From: Sphaerodactylus townsendi
Taxonomy: Eukaryota
Direction: 5' to 3'
Length of the DNA stretch: 64,000 nucleotides
Assembly (NCBI RefSeq): GCF_021028975.2
Contig: NC_059438.1
Coordinates: forward strand, 5,890,001-5,954,000
A model generated the notes under the pieces. That model did not search any database. It saw only the letters and a program-made list of their open reading frames with translations, and was not told the DNA's origin. The position numbers and the translations under genes are program-made. Positions 36,314-48,100 of this stretch are shown here, one piece after another (position 1 is the first letter of the stretch; each line of letters opens with the position of its first letter).

Positions 36314-36820
36314 TGATAGATAATAGGTAACCATGACCACTCCCATCTCCAGTACTGGAATAGTATCTGCCTTCCTGAACTGAGCAATTGGACTCTGGTC
36401 TGTTCCAGCATCCTCTTTCTTATGTTCTTATGATACATTGGCATCTGTCATCACTAGCAAAAAACAAAACTGATAGTTTTTCTGCCATCTGTGAGTCACT
36501 GATATGTATACTTCCTTGTTACTGCAAATCTAACTCCCAAACAAAAACAGATAAAACATCTAAGATCCAGTACATGTGTAATTTGTCCCATTCCAGCCTT
36601 ACATTCCTGGATGCCAGTGATCATCAGCCTCCTCTGATCCAAGGCTGGTTTTGAGCTCCTATAATCCAGCCTTCTGTCCCATATATGCCTTTGGTTATTC
36701 TGTAGCGTCCATTAGAAAGCATGCCCAAGCCTTCAAAAGCACAGATTAAAACTTGCCATGTTTTCCCTTGTAATGAGAGTGTTACTCGACAGCAAAGCAT
36801 CCTAGAGAAGAGAGTGCTTA

Positions 36821-37038
36821 CCCTGTTTCCCCGAATATAAGACATCCCCTAAAAATAAGGCATAGTAGAGGTTTTGCTGAAGTGCGAAATATAAGGCATC
36901 CCCCGAAAGTAAGACATAGCAACGTTGGAAGCATGCCCGATGAACAGAACACAGAAAAATAAGACATCCCCTGAAAATAAGACATAGCGCATCTTTGGGA
37001 TTAATATAAGACACTGTCTTATATTCGGGGAAACACAG
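36821..37038. mobile_element. Tc1/mariner-superfamily (pogo/Tigger-like) MITE
   Basis: TIRs ccctgtttccccgaatataagaca / tgtcttatattcggggaaacacag; TA TSD; internal aataagacat repeats. Confidence 0.85.
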
Positions 37039-37924
37039 TAGCAATTAAGACAGTGTTCAATCCTTCCACTGTCAACTGTTCCCCCGAAACTTGATTTTAA
37101 ACCATGTATTCATTTAACAAATATGTTTCTGCAACCCTGTAGGGGGAAGACTTTTTTTGCATCAAGTTTCTGTTTTCTGTATTTTGTGGAATTATTTTAA
37201 CCAAGCATCTGAAAAGACAGTACTGATCTTGACAGCCCAAGGGTGAGTCAGTATAAAACAGCTTCATCACACATACCACTAGTTAAAAGCATTTTTCTGC
37301 AGTTATTTGTCACCTGAGTTTCTGGGGATGATTCAGGTGATAATGCACTAAATGAAATGACAACGTGACAATGTTTCAAAGTGAAAAGAAATTGTAAATG
37401 TCTCTCCAGACCATTCATAGCAAGTGGGAGTTGTACTTAGAACAAATCACCTAGATCTTTGCTTTCCCCTCTTGTATGAGCAAGACTTAGTAAATTATTG
37501 TGGTGACTTTTATGTTCAGCATTTATCAGCAGGCTGTATTAGAGACATTTCCTTTTATAGGAGAAAGTTTCTATTTGTTTCCCATGCTGTGCCAAACTCA
37601 ACAGAGACAGCAAGTATGCATCCCATTGGATGTTGTAATAGGACTATACAAACTAATATGCACAGTCACTAGGAAAGCCAGGAGATAAAGTTATTAGGGT
37701 TAAACTGGCTCACTATTTGCTACAGCTGTTATGCTCAGTTCAAAAAAAGTGCAAGATGGTTGTACTGCAGACACATGACTTACATGAAGACTAGAATAGA
37801 ATTTTTGAAACTGATTTTAGATAAAACTTGTGCTGCAGTTGTCTTTATGAAAGGTCCAGCTTTGTAAACTTGTAGAGTTTGTAAACTCTACCACACAAGT
37901 CTTTAATGTAGTCCTTGAAAATTA

Positions 37925-38250
37925 GAAGAAGAGGAGGATGCCTCCACCAAGGAGGAAGAAGAAGAGTTTGGATTGATATCCCCCCTTCTCTTCTGTAGGA
38001 CACTCAAAGGGGCTTACAATCTCCTTTCCCTTCCCCCCTCACAACAAACACCCTGTGAGGTGGGTAGGGCTGAGAGAGCTCCGAAAAGCTGTGACTAGCC
38101 CAAGGTCACCCAGCTGGCGTGTGTGGGAGTGTACAGGCTAATCTGAATTCCCCAGATAAGCCTCCACAACTCAAGTGGCAGAGCTGGGAATCAAACCCGG
38201 TTCCTCCAGATCAGAATGCACCTGCTCTTAGCCACTATGCCACTGCTGCT
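37925..38250 (-). mobile_element. Squam3-like SINE, full length
   Basis: Highly similar to 2521-2812 in reverse orientation, with an extended tail. Confidence 0.88.
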
Positions 38251-39559
38251 CCTTAACTTAACAAAACATTAACTTGTTCTAACCACAATTCAATAAGGAC
38301 CTATGACATACATCTAAGAAAGTTATATGTATGGATTGTGGTTATGATATTACTCATGGACAGAGATTCAATTTTCCCTTTATATGCCCCAGGTGCAATT
38401 TTAAAATTGGCTTTTAACATTAGTCTAATTCTTTTTAAGGATTAGTACTCCTCTGCTCTACCACACAAGTCTTTAACGTAATCCTTGAAAAACAGAGAGG
38501 AAAAAGACAATTTGGGCTCCTCAGAAGCGCTTCACCAATTTAAGTATTCTTGGTTTTTAAGAGATTTTCAGATCTGGTTTTCAAAAGGGAAAGTAAGCCA
38601 TACAGGAATGGGTTTTTTGTCCTGCAGCAACTTTACTCACAATTTTGTTTGTGTACTTCACACATGTGTGGGGCCCATATTACTCATCACCAACCGTTAA
38701 AAGTCATAACCAGCACCTTGACCTTGGAAATACTGGCAGCCAATATAGCGATTTCAAAATGGGTAGCATGTTTGTTCCCAGCAGCTAGCCCCTGACTATT
38801 TTGCGTAAGCTGGTCTAAACCCACCCCCACCATTCTGCTATGTAATTGCAGAACTGACCTGTTTGGAGAACATACCTATTAAAGTTCATAAGGTGTTTAA
38901 AAAGTAGAAAAAGATCAAATTCTCTGGCATATTTACAGACTTCTAAATCTTGTGCATATCTCCTTTAACAGGAAAAAGCCTCAAAGAAAAATTAGTCACC
39001 ACACTGCGGAGGCGACTACGTGACTGCACTCAAGTACAGTGACTCAGGAAACTCTTATCTTCTGACAAGTACAGCTGCACATCCAACAAAGGTAAAGATC
39101 TTTTCACAGCACGGAATACACTGTAATGATTTATTAAGGGTATTTAAGTTCCACTACTATAGGTTGCTTCATAGTATTCTAATGTTTCACAAAGAATGCA
39201 TGCTTTTCAGAAGAAATACTCTTAGAAAAAGCCCTTCTGAGTTTGGCTGTTGTTAACTTTGGCAAAGTTGGCCCAGTTCCATGTATCTTCTGTACAATGT
39301 GAGTTGTAGAACGAGCTCCCTGACGAGGTCCAAAACAGTACGTTTCTTACAGCTTTCTGGATAATGGGTAGGCTGTGTGTGGCTCAATGCAACAAACAGC
39401 CTTTGCTTGGTATGCAGAAAATCCCATGTTCAGCCCCTGGCGTGGCATCTCCAGTCAATAGGACCAGGCAGTAGGTGATATCAGTGACATATCTAGGGGT
39501 CAAGGTGGGTCATTTGACCCAGGTAGTAGATGTGCACAACCTCCCTCTGTCCCTCCCGG

Positions 39560-39895
39560 CGTAGGAGTGGCGTAGGTTACGAAGTGGCGTAGGAGGTTAA
39601 GGGCTCGTGTATCTAATCTGGAGGAACCGGGTTTGATTCCCAGCTCTGCCGCCTGAGCTGTGGAGGCTTATCTGGGGAATTCAGATTAGCCTGTACACTC
39701 CCACACACGCCAGCTGGGTGACAGCTTCTTGGAGCTCTCTCAGCCCCACCTACCTCACAGGGTGTTTGTTGTGAGGGGGGAAGGGCAAGGAGATTGTAAA
39801 CCCCTTTGAGTCTCCTGCAGGAGAGAAAGGGGGGATATAAATCCAAACTCTTCTTCTTCTTCTTCCTCCCTGGTGGAGGCATCCTCCTCCTTCTC
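39560..39895 (+). mobile_element. Squam3-like SINE with a small internal deletion and extended tail
   Basis: Same body as the other copies but lacks ccttgggctagtc. Confidence 0.85.
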
Positions 39896-40213
39896 TTCCA
39901 ACTGGGAAAGCGCGGGCAGTGGTGGGGAGCAGACTTTTTGGAGGGCAGCGGTGGTGGTGGGGAGTTATGCTGGGTGCGATGCCTGGGGGCGGGGCTTGTC
40001 CAGTCACTGTTTTGTGGTGATTTAGCCTCCCCAGGGCACTTGCCCTAGCAGAGAAGCAATTCTGCCAGCATGCAGCCTCCTCAGCCCTCCCTGGCACTGG
40101 GACATGGCACCAGCTTCCCAGCACTGTTAAGCCCAATGCAATGAGGGTTTCTTAGCAGCAGGGAGGCTTTCTTCCTTTGCAAGCCTCCTCATGCCGCCAA
40201 GAAGCCCCTATGG

Positions 40214-40361
40214 CAGGGGTAGGGAACCTGCGGCTCTCCAGATGTTCAGGAACTACAATTCCCATCAGCCCCTACCAGCATGGCCAATTGGCCATGCTGG
40301 TAGGGGCTGATGGGAATAGTAGTTCCTGAACATCTGGAGAGCCGCAGGTTCCCTACCCCTG
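40214..40361. mobile_element. Palindromic hAT MITE
   Basis: Almost perfect 148-bp palindrome caggggtagggaacctgcggctc...gagccgcaggttccctacccctg; 8-bp TSD ccctatgg. Confidence 0.9.
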
Positions 40362-41920
40362 CCCTATGGGAACATTGGGGCAGCGTGGCTGCAGTACTGC
40401 GGCCAGCTGCCTGGCCTCTTGAATGGATCTCAGGGAAAAAACACTCTGTCCTCTCAGCACTGACTGAAAACTGGGACTCCAGCTGCCAGCCAAATACAAG
40501 CTGCTGTGGTTAACTCCTTGTAGGCTAGAACTTTGATTACAAGCAGCAAAGGAGTCCTGGAATCCATCACAGCCTACAATAGATTACATTTTTCTCGATC
40601 TGTAGTACTGCTTCTGATTTTGATTATGACTTATAAGATTCTCTATTTGCATTTTCATTCTTAGTTTGAGAACCAACATGGTATAGTGGTTAAGACTGAC
40701 CCAGGACAGCTTCAAAACATCATGCACGCCATGGAAGCTTGCTTGGGTCCCTTGGACCAGCCACATACTCTCAGCGCTGTCACCGTGGCTAGTATTTGGA
40801 TGGGAGACCTCCAAGAAATACCACGATTGCGAGGCAATGGCAAACCATCTCCAATCTAGGGGTTTTCAGTCTTTTGAGAAATAGGACACCACAATATTCT
40901 AAGTAAATAAAATCAGAGCAGTAAAAATGCAAATAATAAATTAAGCAAAGAGATTTTTAATCAAACCTCCATTTGTTAATTTTGTTAAAACAACCAGCAC
41001 ATATTAAAGCAGGAGTGAATTGAGCTAGGTTACTAAATGCTTTCTGCTTTTATAGAAGTGGCACTGCTTTTCTCTAATCCTCATAATTTTTACATCATCA
41101 GGGTACTGCTCTATGCCATTGGCTTTCTTTTCACGCCAAAGGACGCTCCATTTTCCTGATCCGCGCCTTTTGCCTTTGACAGTGACTGAGCGCCTCTGCA
41201 GCTGAAGCGCGGCTGCCTTATTGCAAGTGCATGCCAGGGGATGGAGCTGGCTTCACTTCCTCCTTTTCAACGCGTTTGCAAACTCGCCGCACGCTCATTA
41301 GCCTCCTTCCCCCGAGCCAGGCTCTGGGTCCGCTACTTGCGTAACGGAGGAGGATGGCGCGATGCCTTGTAATGGCTCTGCCGGGGAATCCCTTCTGCCG
41401 CCGCCTCCTCTTTTGGATCTCGCTAAGGGCACCGGGGGAGCGGGGGAGGCAAAGGAACCGTCACGACCAAGGAAGAGGCTGGCGGCGGCGGGGAGAGGGA
41501 AGGAGGCTCCGGCGAGGCCGGGGGAGCAGAGGGGGCGGGCAGGCCGAGAGGAGGGGGCGGAGAGTGGCGCGCTGATGAATCGGGACGCGGACACGAGGCC
41601 CGGGATGCGTAGATTTTGCTGCATGACTCCGGCACGACGTCAGCAGCGGCACGTCCAGACGGTCTCCCCCAGAAAGCGCGCCGGACTCCGCAGCCGCGCC
41701 AGCGCCCGAGCAGTGCCGCCACGGCAGCAGCAGCAGCAGCAGCAGCGGGGGGAGCTCTCAGGCCAGCGCGGACCGCGGGAGGGGGGCTGCGCTTGAGTCA
41801 CGACGACCCGCCGGTTCTGCAGTCAAGAGACCTCCCGACGACTCCGGGCTCCCCCGGCCGGAAAGGGCTGTAGCTGCTTGGCCAGCGCCGCCGGCCGTGC
41901 CTCAAGGGACGGAGCGAGCC

Positions 41921-41929
41921 ATGCACTGA
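41921..41929 (+). promoter_or_regulatory. Minimal uORF (Met-His-stop) upstream of the PPP1R3 start codon
   Basis: gagccATGCACTGA, ending 19 nt before the main ATG at 41949. Confidence 0.6.
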
Positions 41930-41948
41930 CCGGACGGAGAAGAAGAGC

Positions 41949-42986
41949 ATGGAGAAGGCCGGCTCCCTGCACGCCTCGGTGCCGGCGCCGCCGCCGCGCC
42001 TCTACCTGCCGCGCCACTTCAGCTGCAGCGCGTGCCTCTATGGCGGCCTGGCCGAGCGCTGCAAGGGCGGCTGCAGCCCGGAGCCCGAGGCGGTGGAACT
42101 GGCGCCCTCGCCGCCCGCCTCGCCGCCCCCCGTGACCCGCCAGGCGCCCTCGCCGCCTCCCGCGCCGCGATCGCCCTCGCCGCCGCCCGCCTCGCCCTCG
42201 TCGCCCTCCGCCTCGCGCGGCAGGGAGCCCACGGTGTCCGCCGTGCCGCCCAGCCCCACGCTGCGCCGCCGGGCCAAGTCCCTGCCCACGCCCGGCGAGA
42301 GGGGTCTCCGGCCGGCCCTGCAGCAGAGCCCGTCGCGCCGCAAGACGGTGCGCTTCGCCGACTCGCTGGGCCTGGAGCTGATCGCCGTGCGCCACTTCTG
42401 CCAGGCCGACGTGCCGCACGTGCCGCCCCCGCCGGCGCCCCTGCCCGCCTCGCCGCTGCCCCGCGCCGCGGACCTGCTCAAGACGCGCAAGCCGCCGGCG
42501 CTGGGGGAGCTGGAGCCGGTGCTCTTCGGGCCGCCCGCGGGGCCCGCGCTGGAGCCGCTCTTCCCGCCGCAGCCCGGCAGCAGCGCCGGCTTCCTGGAGC
42601 GCGTGCGGCAGAGCAAGGTCCGGCTGGAGGCCGTGCGGGCCGAGGCGGCGGCGCTGCGCGGCTCGGTGCGCGTCCTGAACCTGGCCTACGAGAAGGCCGT
42701 CTCGGTGCGCTACACGCTCAACCGCTGGGCCAGCAGCCACGAGGTGCCCGCCGCCTACCTGCCGCCGGGCCACGCCGGGGACGGCCTCACCGACCGCTTC
42801 GTCTTCCGCCTGCCCGTGGGCGCCGGCGCCACCTGCCTGGAGTTCGCGCTGCGCTACCGCGTGGCCGGCGCCGAGTACTGGGACAACAACGACGGCCACA
42901 ACTACAAGCTGCGCGCCCGGCACAGGCCGCCCGACGCCTCCTGCCCCCAGGCCGACGGCGGGGGCGCCTGGATCCATTTCATCTGA
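41949..42986 (+). CDS. PPP1R3E: Protein phosphatase 1 glycogen-targeting regulatory subunit, PPP1R3E-like (single coding exon, 345 aa)
   Basis: RVxF PP1-docking motif KTVRFADSLGLEL. CBM21 motifs GSVRVLNLAYEKAVSVRY, DRFVFRLP and FALRYRVAGAEYWDNNDGHNY. C-terminal WIHFI is typical of PPP1R3D/E; RRAKSLP motif present. Family assignment is firm; exact orthology (E, D or a separate paralog) is not. Confidence 0.88.
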   Translation: MEKAGSLHASVPAPPPRLYLPRHFSCSACLYGGLAERCKGGCSPEPEAVELAPSPPASPPPVTRQAPSPPPAPRSPSPPPASPSSPSASRGREPTVSAVPPSPTLRRRAKSLPTPGERGLRPALQQSPSRRKTVRFADSLGLELIAVRHFCQADVPHVPPPPAPLPASPLPRAADLLKTRKPPALGELEPVLFGPPAGPALEPLFPPQPGSSAGFLERVRQSKVRLEAVRAEAAALRGSVRVLNLAYEKAVSVRYTLNRWASSHEVPAAYLPPGHAGDGLTDRFVFRLPVGAGATCLEFALRYRVAGAEYWDNNDGHNYKLRARHRPPDASCPQADGGGAWIHFI

Positions 42987-44046
42987 GCACCACCGGGCCG
43001 GCTTCCCCTGCCCTGAAGGCCGCCGCCGCCGCCGCCAGCCTCTGCAGCTGCGCCTCTCCGGGGTGCGGCAGGCGCCCTCCTTGCTGCGTGGGGCCAGAGA
43101 GGACCAAGAGCGCCTCCACCGCTGCGGGGAGTGATGGTCTCATGATGTGCTTATAGTAAGGAGTCTGCACCTCCTCCAGTGCTGTGGCCTCATGCACTTT
43201 ATAGTAAGGAATCCTGCTCCTGCCAGAGGAAGTGAAAAACACTGTGTAAAGCAAAGCCCACCTCCAACCGTATGGCCCCTTATTTGCTTGGTTTGTGTGT
43301 TTCTTTTGTTTTGTTTTTTGCTTTGCTGCCCGCTGCCCACTGTCTCTGAGGCACAAGTGTGCCAAAACGTTCCACATCCACCTTTGACTTTGAATTGTCT
43401 TTTTCTTCTTGCCAGCTAGGTCTGCACTTCTCAATTTACTGAACAGGAAGGAAGTTCCGTTGAAGTCTGCTGTAGTTCTCGCCAAGGCGATGAGCCACAT
43501 GTGGTCCTCCACCTCAGGCGGAAAGTGAGGAATCACATGTCTCAGTGCTCCTCCACAGAAACAGTTCCCTGCAGGTAGACAACTGGAACATTAGGGGACA
43601 GCCTGTTTTGGCTGTGACGTGTTAATTTTCCATTGGCAGGGAGATTTTCTGTGGAGGAGAGTTCAGTAGCATGATTCAGCATCTACAGTCGTATAGCCCA
43701 GACAGACGTTTGCCACCCCAGTGAAAACTGGCACTCGATAAAGCATGGGCCGCATACATGTTTTGAGTTGTGAGCCTGCTGCGGCCGTACACTCACCATG
43801 CTGTGTTTAGGCAGTGTGTTCCCCTGAGATCAGTTTTTTTTTTAATGTGTTTACAGCAGTCGCCTACTGCAAAGAGCCACAATTGGCTGGAGACTGGTGA
43901 CATCACTAGTCCATTCCCCCAAAGCAGTTTCTTGGCATTTTAAAAACTGGTTTTTTTTTAAGGTGTCTAGAAATACGTTTAATTGGATGGATGTACTCGC
44001 AAATATTGAACATTGAAAACAAGGAAGTGGCAAGGCAAGCTACTGA

Positions 44047-44158
44047 CCGGTGTCAAATTCGTGGCCCTCCAGATGTTATGGACTACAGTTCCCATGCTGG
44101 CAGGGGATGATGGGAACTGTAGTCAATAACATCTGGAGGGCCACGAGTTTGACACCTA
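44047..44158. mobile_element. Palindromic hAT-type MITE
   Basis: ggtgtcaaattcgtggccctccagatgtt / aacatctggagggccacgagtttgacacc; inner arms shared with 26247 and 40214. Confidence 0.8.
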
Positions 44159-44827
44159 TTATGGTTGCCAAAGCTGCAGCAAAAGCAGGGGGATGCCATC
44201 CTTAAGCTACACAAGGAAAAATAATGCAGGGAATCTTGATTTGCTTCTGTGCAAATATATCCTTCCTGTTTAAATGTATGTTGAGTTGCACTGAAGGGAT
44301 TGTTTCAGTTTGTGATTATATGTGAACAGTCTGCATTGGAAATTGGAATCCGCACTCTCCAAGGATGTAAATGGTTTAGGCAGCCGAGTGTGACAGATGT
44401 CACCACTGTACTTTCCCCTGAGGGCTTCCTGTGTGCTTGATAAAGTGACAACGCGCTTTCCTTCAAAATACAGAAAGATCCAATTTTCTCAAATTGTGCC
44501 ACTTTTCCCTCCTCAACCCTGCCTGGTTGGACCATGAGGCCTCTTCTGCTGATCTCAGGTATTGTTTCTTCTGCAGTTCTTCGGTCACTGTCACTAAGTT
44601 GTGAGATGCTTGTTTTTTATACATCACCAGATGATATTTTCGAATTGTGTATTTCCAAGTGAAATGCAGACAGTCTGTGTTTTATATCTTGAGCAGTACG
44701 GAAAAGGGAGGGAAGTGACTTCAGAGAAGTGACTCAGAGGCAGAATGTCCGGAAAGGGGTGTGTTGAAACAACCTGCAAGGTCCTCAGTTGCTTAAACTT
44801 TTAACCCCACTCCTTTCATTTGTTACT

Positions 44828-45121
44828 AGAAGAAGAGTTTGGATTTATATCCCCCCTTTCTCTCCTATAGGACACTCAAAGGGGCTTACAATCTTCTTGC
44901 CCTTCCCCCCTCACAACAAACACCCTGTGAGGTGGGTGGGGCTGAGATAGCTCAGAAGAACTGTGACTAGACTAGCCCAAAGTCACCCAGCTGGCGGGAG
45001 TGCATAGGCTAATCTGAATTCCCCAGATAAGCCTCCACAACTCAAGTGACAGAGCTGGGAATCAAACCCGGTTCCTGCAGATCAGAGTGCACCTGCTCTT
45101 AACCTCCTATGCCACTGCTGC
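44828..45121 (-). mobile_element. Squam3-like SINE
   Basis: Near-identical to 37925-38250. Confidence 0.88.
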
Positions 45122-48100
45122 TTCTAATACTATAAGCAGTTGTTTTGTATCATGTTAGCCAAACTAAGGAAAGTTGTGTAAAACAATGGCATTGTATTTA
45201 CTAGTTTTGACTAGATGTCTGGAGTGGGGCTGGAAAATTATTTCTCATTCTTAAATATTGGGTTTTTAAAAGAATTCAGAATGAAAGATTGAATGCCACC
45301 CCATAGTGGTGCTCAGTTTCTACCTGGAGTGTAGCCCATTGCCATCTGGGTTTTTCTTAAGCTCTGGTTGACAAAGCAAACAATTTTTCTACTTTAGAGA
45401 TCATGCCAGCAAGGAGGAGGGAAATTTCTGAAGGTTCGGTTGCCAAGGCTGGAGAATGGGCAGTTTGGGGAGGGGATGGATTTCAGCGTTCATAGGATTG
45501 CAATCTTAGACTTAGTATTCCCCAACATTATATCATTCTGCACCCCCCCCCAACTACCCCCCCCCCATTTCACCAATAGCCATTCTATTTATTTTGCAGA
45601 CAGTGGAGGGTCAGACATTTCTGTGCTGGACTTACAATTCTATTGTAATTTCAGTAACTTCTAAAATAGAAAGTGTAGAACTATTATTTGTCAAAGCTAG
45701 TTCTTACCAAGGATGTGGTCTATTGTAATCCTTTTGAGGGAAGTGAAGGGTGAATGACGTGCACTTCTCATTTGAGGGGAAAAGGGAAGCGTTCTGTTTG
45801 TAATTCCAGTATGTTTGGAATTGATGATGAAATCTTAACCTCACTGAAATTCATTTTCAGTTGCAATTTTGGTCTTCATGTAGTGATCCACTTCTCACAT
45901 CACTGGCAGAAAATAAATATAAAAGATAATCTTCCTGGGCCAGTGGAGTAGTTCAGGTAGTGTGGGGTACATCTTCCCACCAAATAAATTCTCCACTGAA
46001 ATAAATGCAACTCCCAGATTGTTGAGTGGGGAGGGGCTGGCACAGGAGAACACCCCCTTCCTCTTTTGTATTTGTTAAATAAGTCTCTTTTTTTTAGCCC
46101 ATGTACCTTCATGCAAGAGAAAAACATAGATTAAATATTTTTAAAGCAACTTTCGGGACTGAGTTTGTCCTTTATATTTCTGTTTGTGTGCACGCTAACA
46201 TTTCAGCTTTCTTTCCCCATCAGAGCTTTTCAGCACTTAAGTTGTAATCCCCCTGGCCTTTCCTAGTGAGGATTGAGATGTTCAGTCAAGGCATCACAGC
46301 TTGAGATCAAGGAGCCATGCATGTTGATCTGGCACGAGCTCGACAGACTTCCTGATTTCACTGCCCGGGACTGCAAAAATGGGCGGTTGCCAGGCCATGA
46401 TAAGCTTTGATAAGCTCAGTGGGTCACAAGTGATGTTGCCCTGCTGTAGATTCTGCTCATGAGCAGGCTGGAAAAGTTTGCAAATCCCTAATGCTGCTAT
46501 TTTAAACCTCACATTTGACTAGGATACATTCCTGTTGGGGCCAAGGCATGCTTCCATTTTACTGATAAAGGGATTACATTTGTTTTAATGTAATTTTTTT
46601 TAGGAAACTTAGTATATATTTATGAACAATAGATATTTTATGTTCAAGATGTAGTTTCACAGACAAGCGTTGATATTTTTAGAGAGAACGAGAGAGAACG
46701 CTTGGCAGTCGCTGCTTATTGGACAGACATAAGCTTCTTGGAAACAATATTTTAATGTCATTTTTTAAAAAGTATGGTCCACGGCAATGTTATTTGAGGT
46801 TGGGCGAGGGCTGTAAAGTAGCTTGAAAATCAAGGGGGAGTAGGTAGTTTGGGCTTTGCTGTGTTTTCGAGAGCTGTTGCTCTCATCATTACTGCAATAC
46901 ATTATTTTACCGGGAAACCTAAACGCATGCTGTGCATTAAATCAAAATGAATTCTAGGATTGCCCTGGTTCACTAATAGCCAGCAAACAATATTGTATGA
47001 ATTATGCTGCTGTGTCAGATTTGTGTTGTTTTTAATAGTCATCTTTGTACTGTCTTCACCACCTTGTGTTTGTGCTCTTGCACATTTGACAGCAGCCTGG
47101 GGATGAAAAGTTAAGCTAAACTATGGAGACAACTTAGAGAAGCTTTGTTCAGTTTTGACATGCCTGGTTGCTGTCAGAAGAGCAAATGGAGCAAACCCAA
47201 GAAAACATTAGCACTAGGTACATGGTGATGCTCAAAGCACTTGTGATAGGGGCATTCCCAAAATGTTATGTTCTGAAAAACTTTTCAAGTGTCAGTGGGC
47301 CTAAGTGCGCATGAAAATACACACAGCAAGTCTAGGTAAAGCTAGGTCCTTGTGCAAGCACCAGGTCATTACTGATCCTTAAGATGACATCACATCAGCA
47401 GACTATGTTTACGGGGTGGTTTGCCATTGTCTTCAGACAAACTACTTTCCTTAAATAATTTATTCCAGATTAGCTCCCTTAATTTCATTACTACCCTTGA
47501 ATAGGTGGGATGATCACACTGAAGTCATGTGCTACTTGGACTGAGCATATACTTAAACTTTGAGGCTTGGATCCTCTGCATGCAAATGCTCTGTTTTGGT
47601 TGCACCACAGCTCATTCCGCAGCCGCTAGTTCTTGTGTTTGCACAACATTCATGGATTTTCACTGAGTCCTTGTGCCAATGGAAGCGGTAGTGGCAAAGG
47701 AAGTAAGGTCCACCTCATCGGGAACAAAACCTGCATGACAGGTGTTCATAGGATGGCTACGTAAAGATTGTCAGGGTTGCATATCAAGTGTGCAGTTGCA
47801 AACAGCAGTTTTCTAAGGGAATACTTTCAAATTTGGGTATAATCATGAGCCATAGTTTAATATACTTTAAGGGGTTTTCAGGGAATTTACTGCCAAGGTC
47901 CAACTCTGCTTTGGTTAACCAGGTTATTGTTGGGGGAGGAGCTTGGGGGAAGGGCTTTTTGCAGATAGAGAGGCAAAAGAGTTGTTTCTGATTATTCAAT
48001 ATTAGTCTTTACTAATATTCGCTAGTCCTGTATACTCAGACAGTTTATTGGTGACATCAACTCTTATTTGCAATAAAGATTGAAGTAGTTTCTTTTAATA

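Larger units (their letters stand above)
41150..43130 (+). promoter_or_regulatory. CpG island covering the PPP1R3 promoter and the whole CDS
   Basis: Very high GC and CpG. C/EBP-like TTGCGTAA near 41337, GC boxes, CRE-like CGACGTCA near 41635, AP-1 TGAGTCA near 41793, short (CAG)n near 41724-41746. Confidence 0.8.

Noticed and set aside
41823-43156. Long overlapping ORFs (384 aa on minus, 374 aa on plus, 192 aa on minus) across the PPP1R3 CDS
   Set aside because: Expected shadow frames of an extremely GC-rich CDS with few stop codons; low-complexity Ala/Gly/Arg translations with no motifs.
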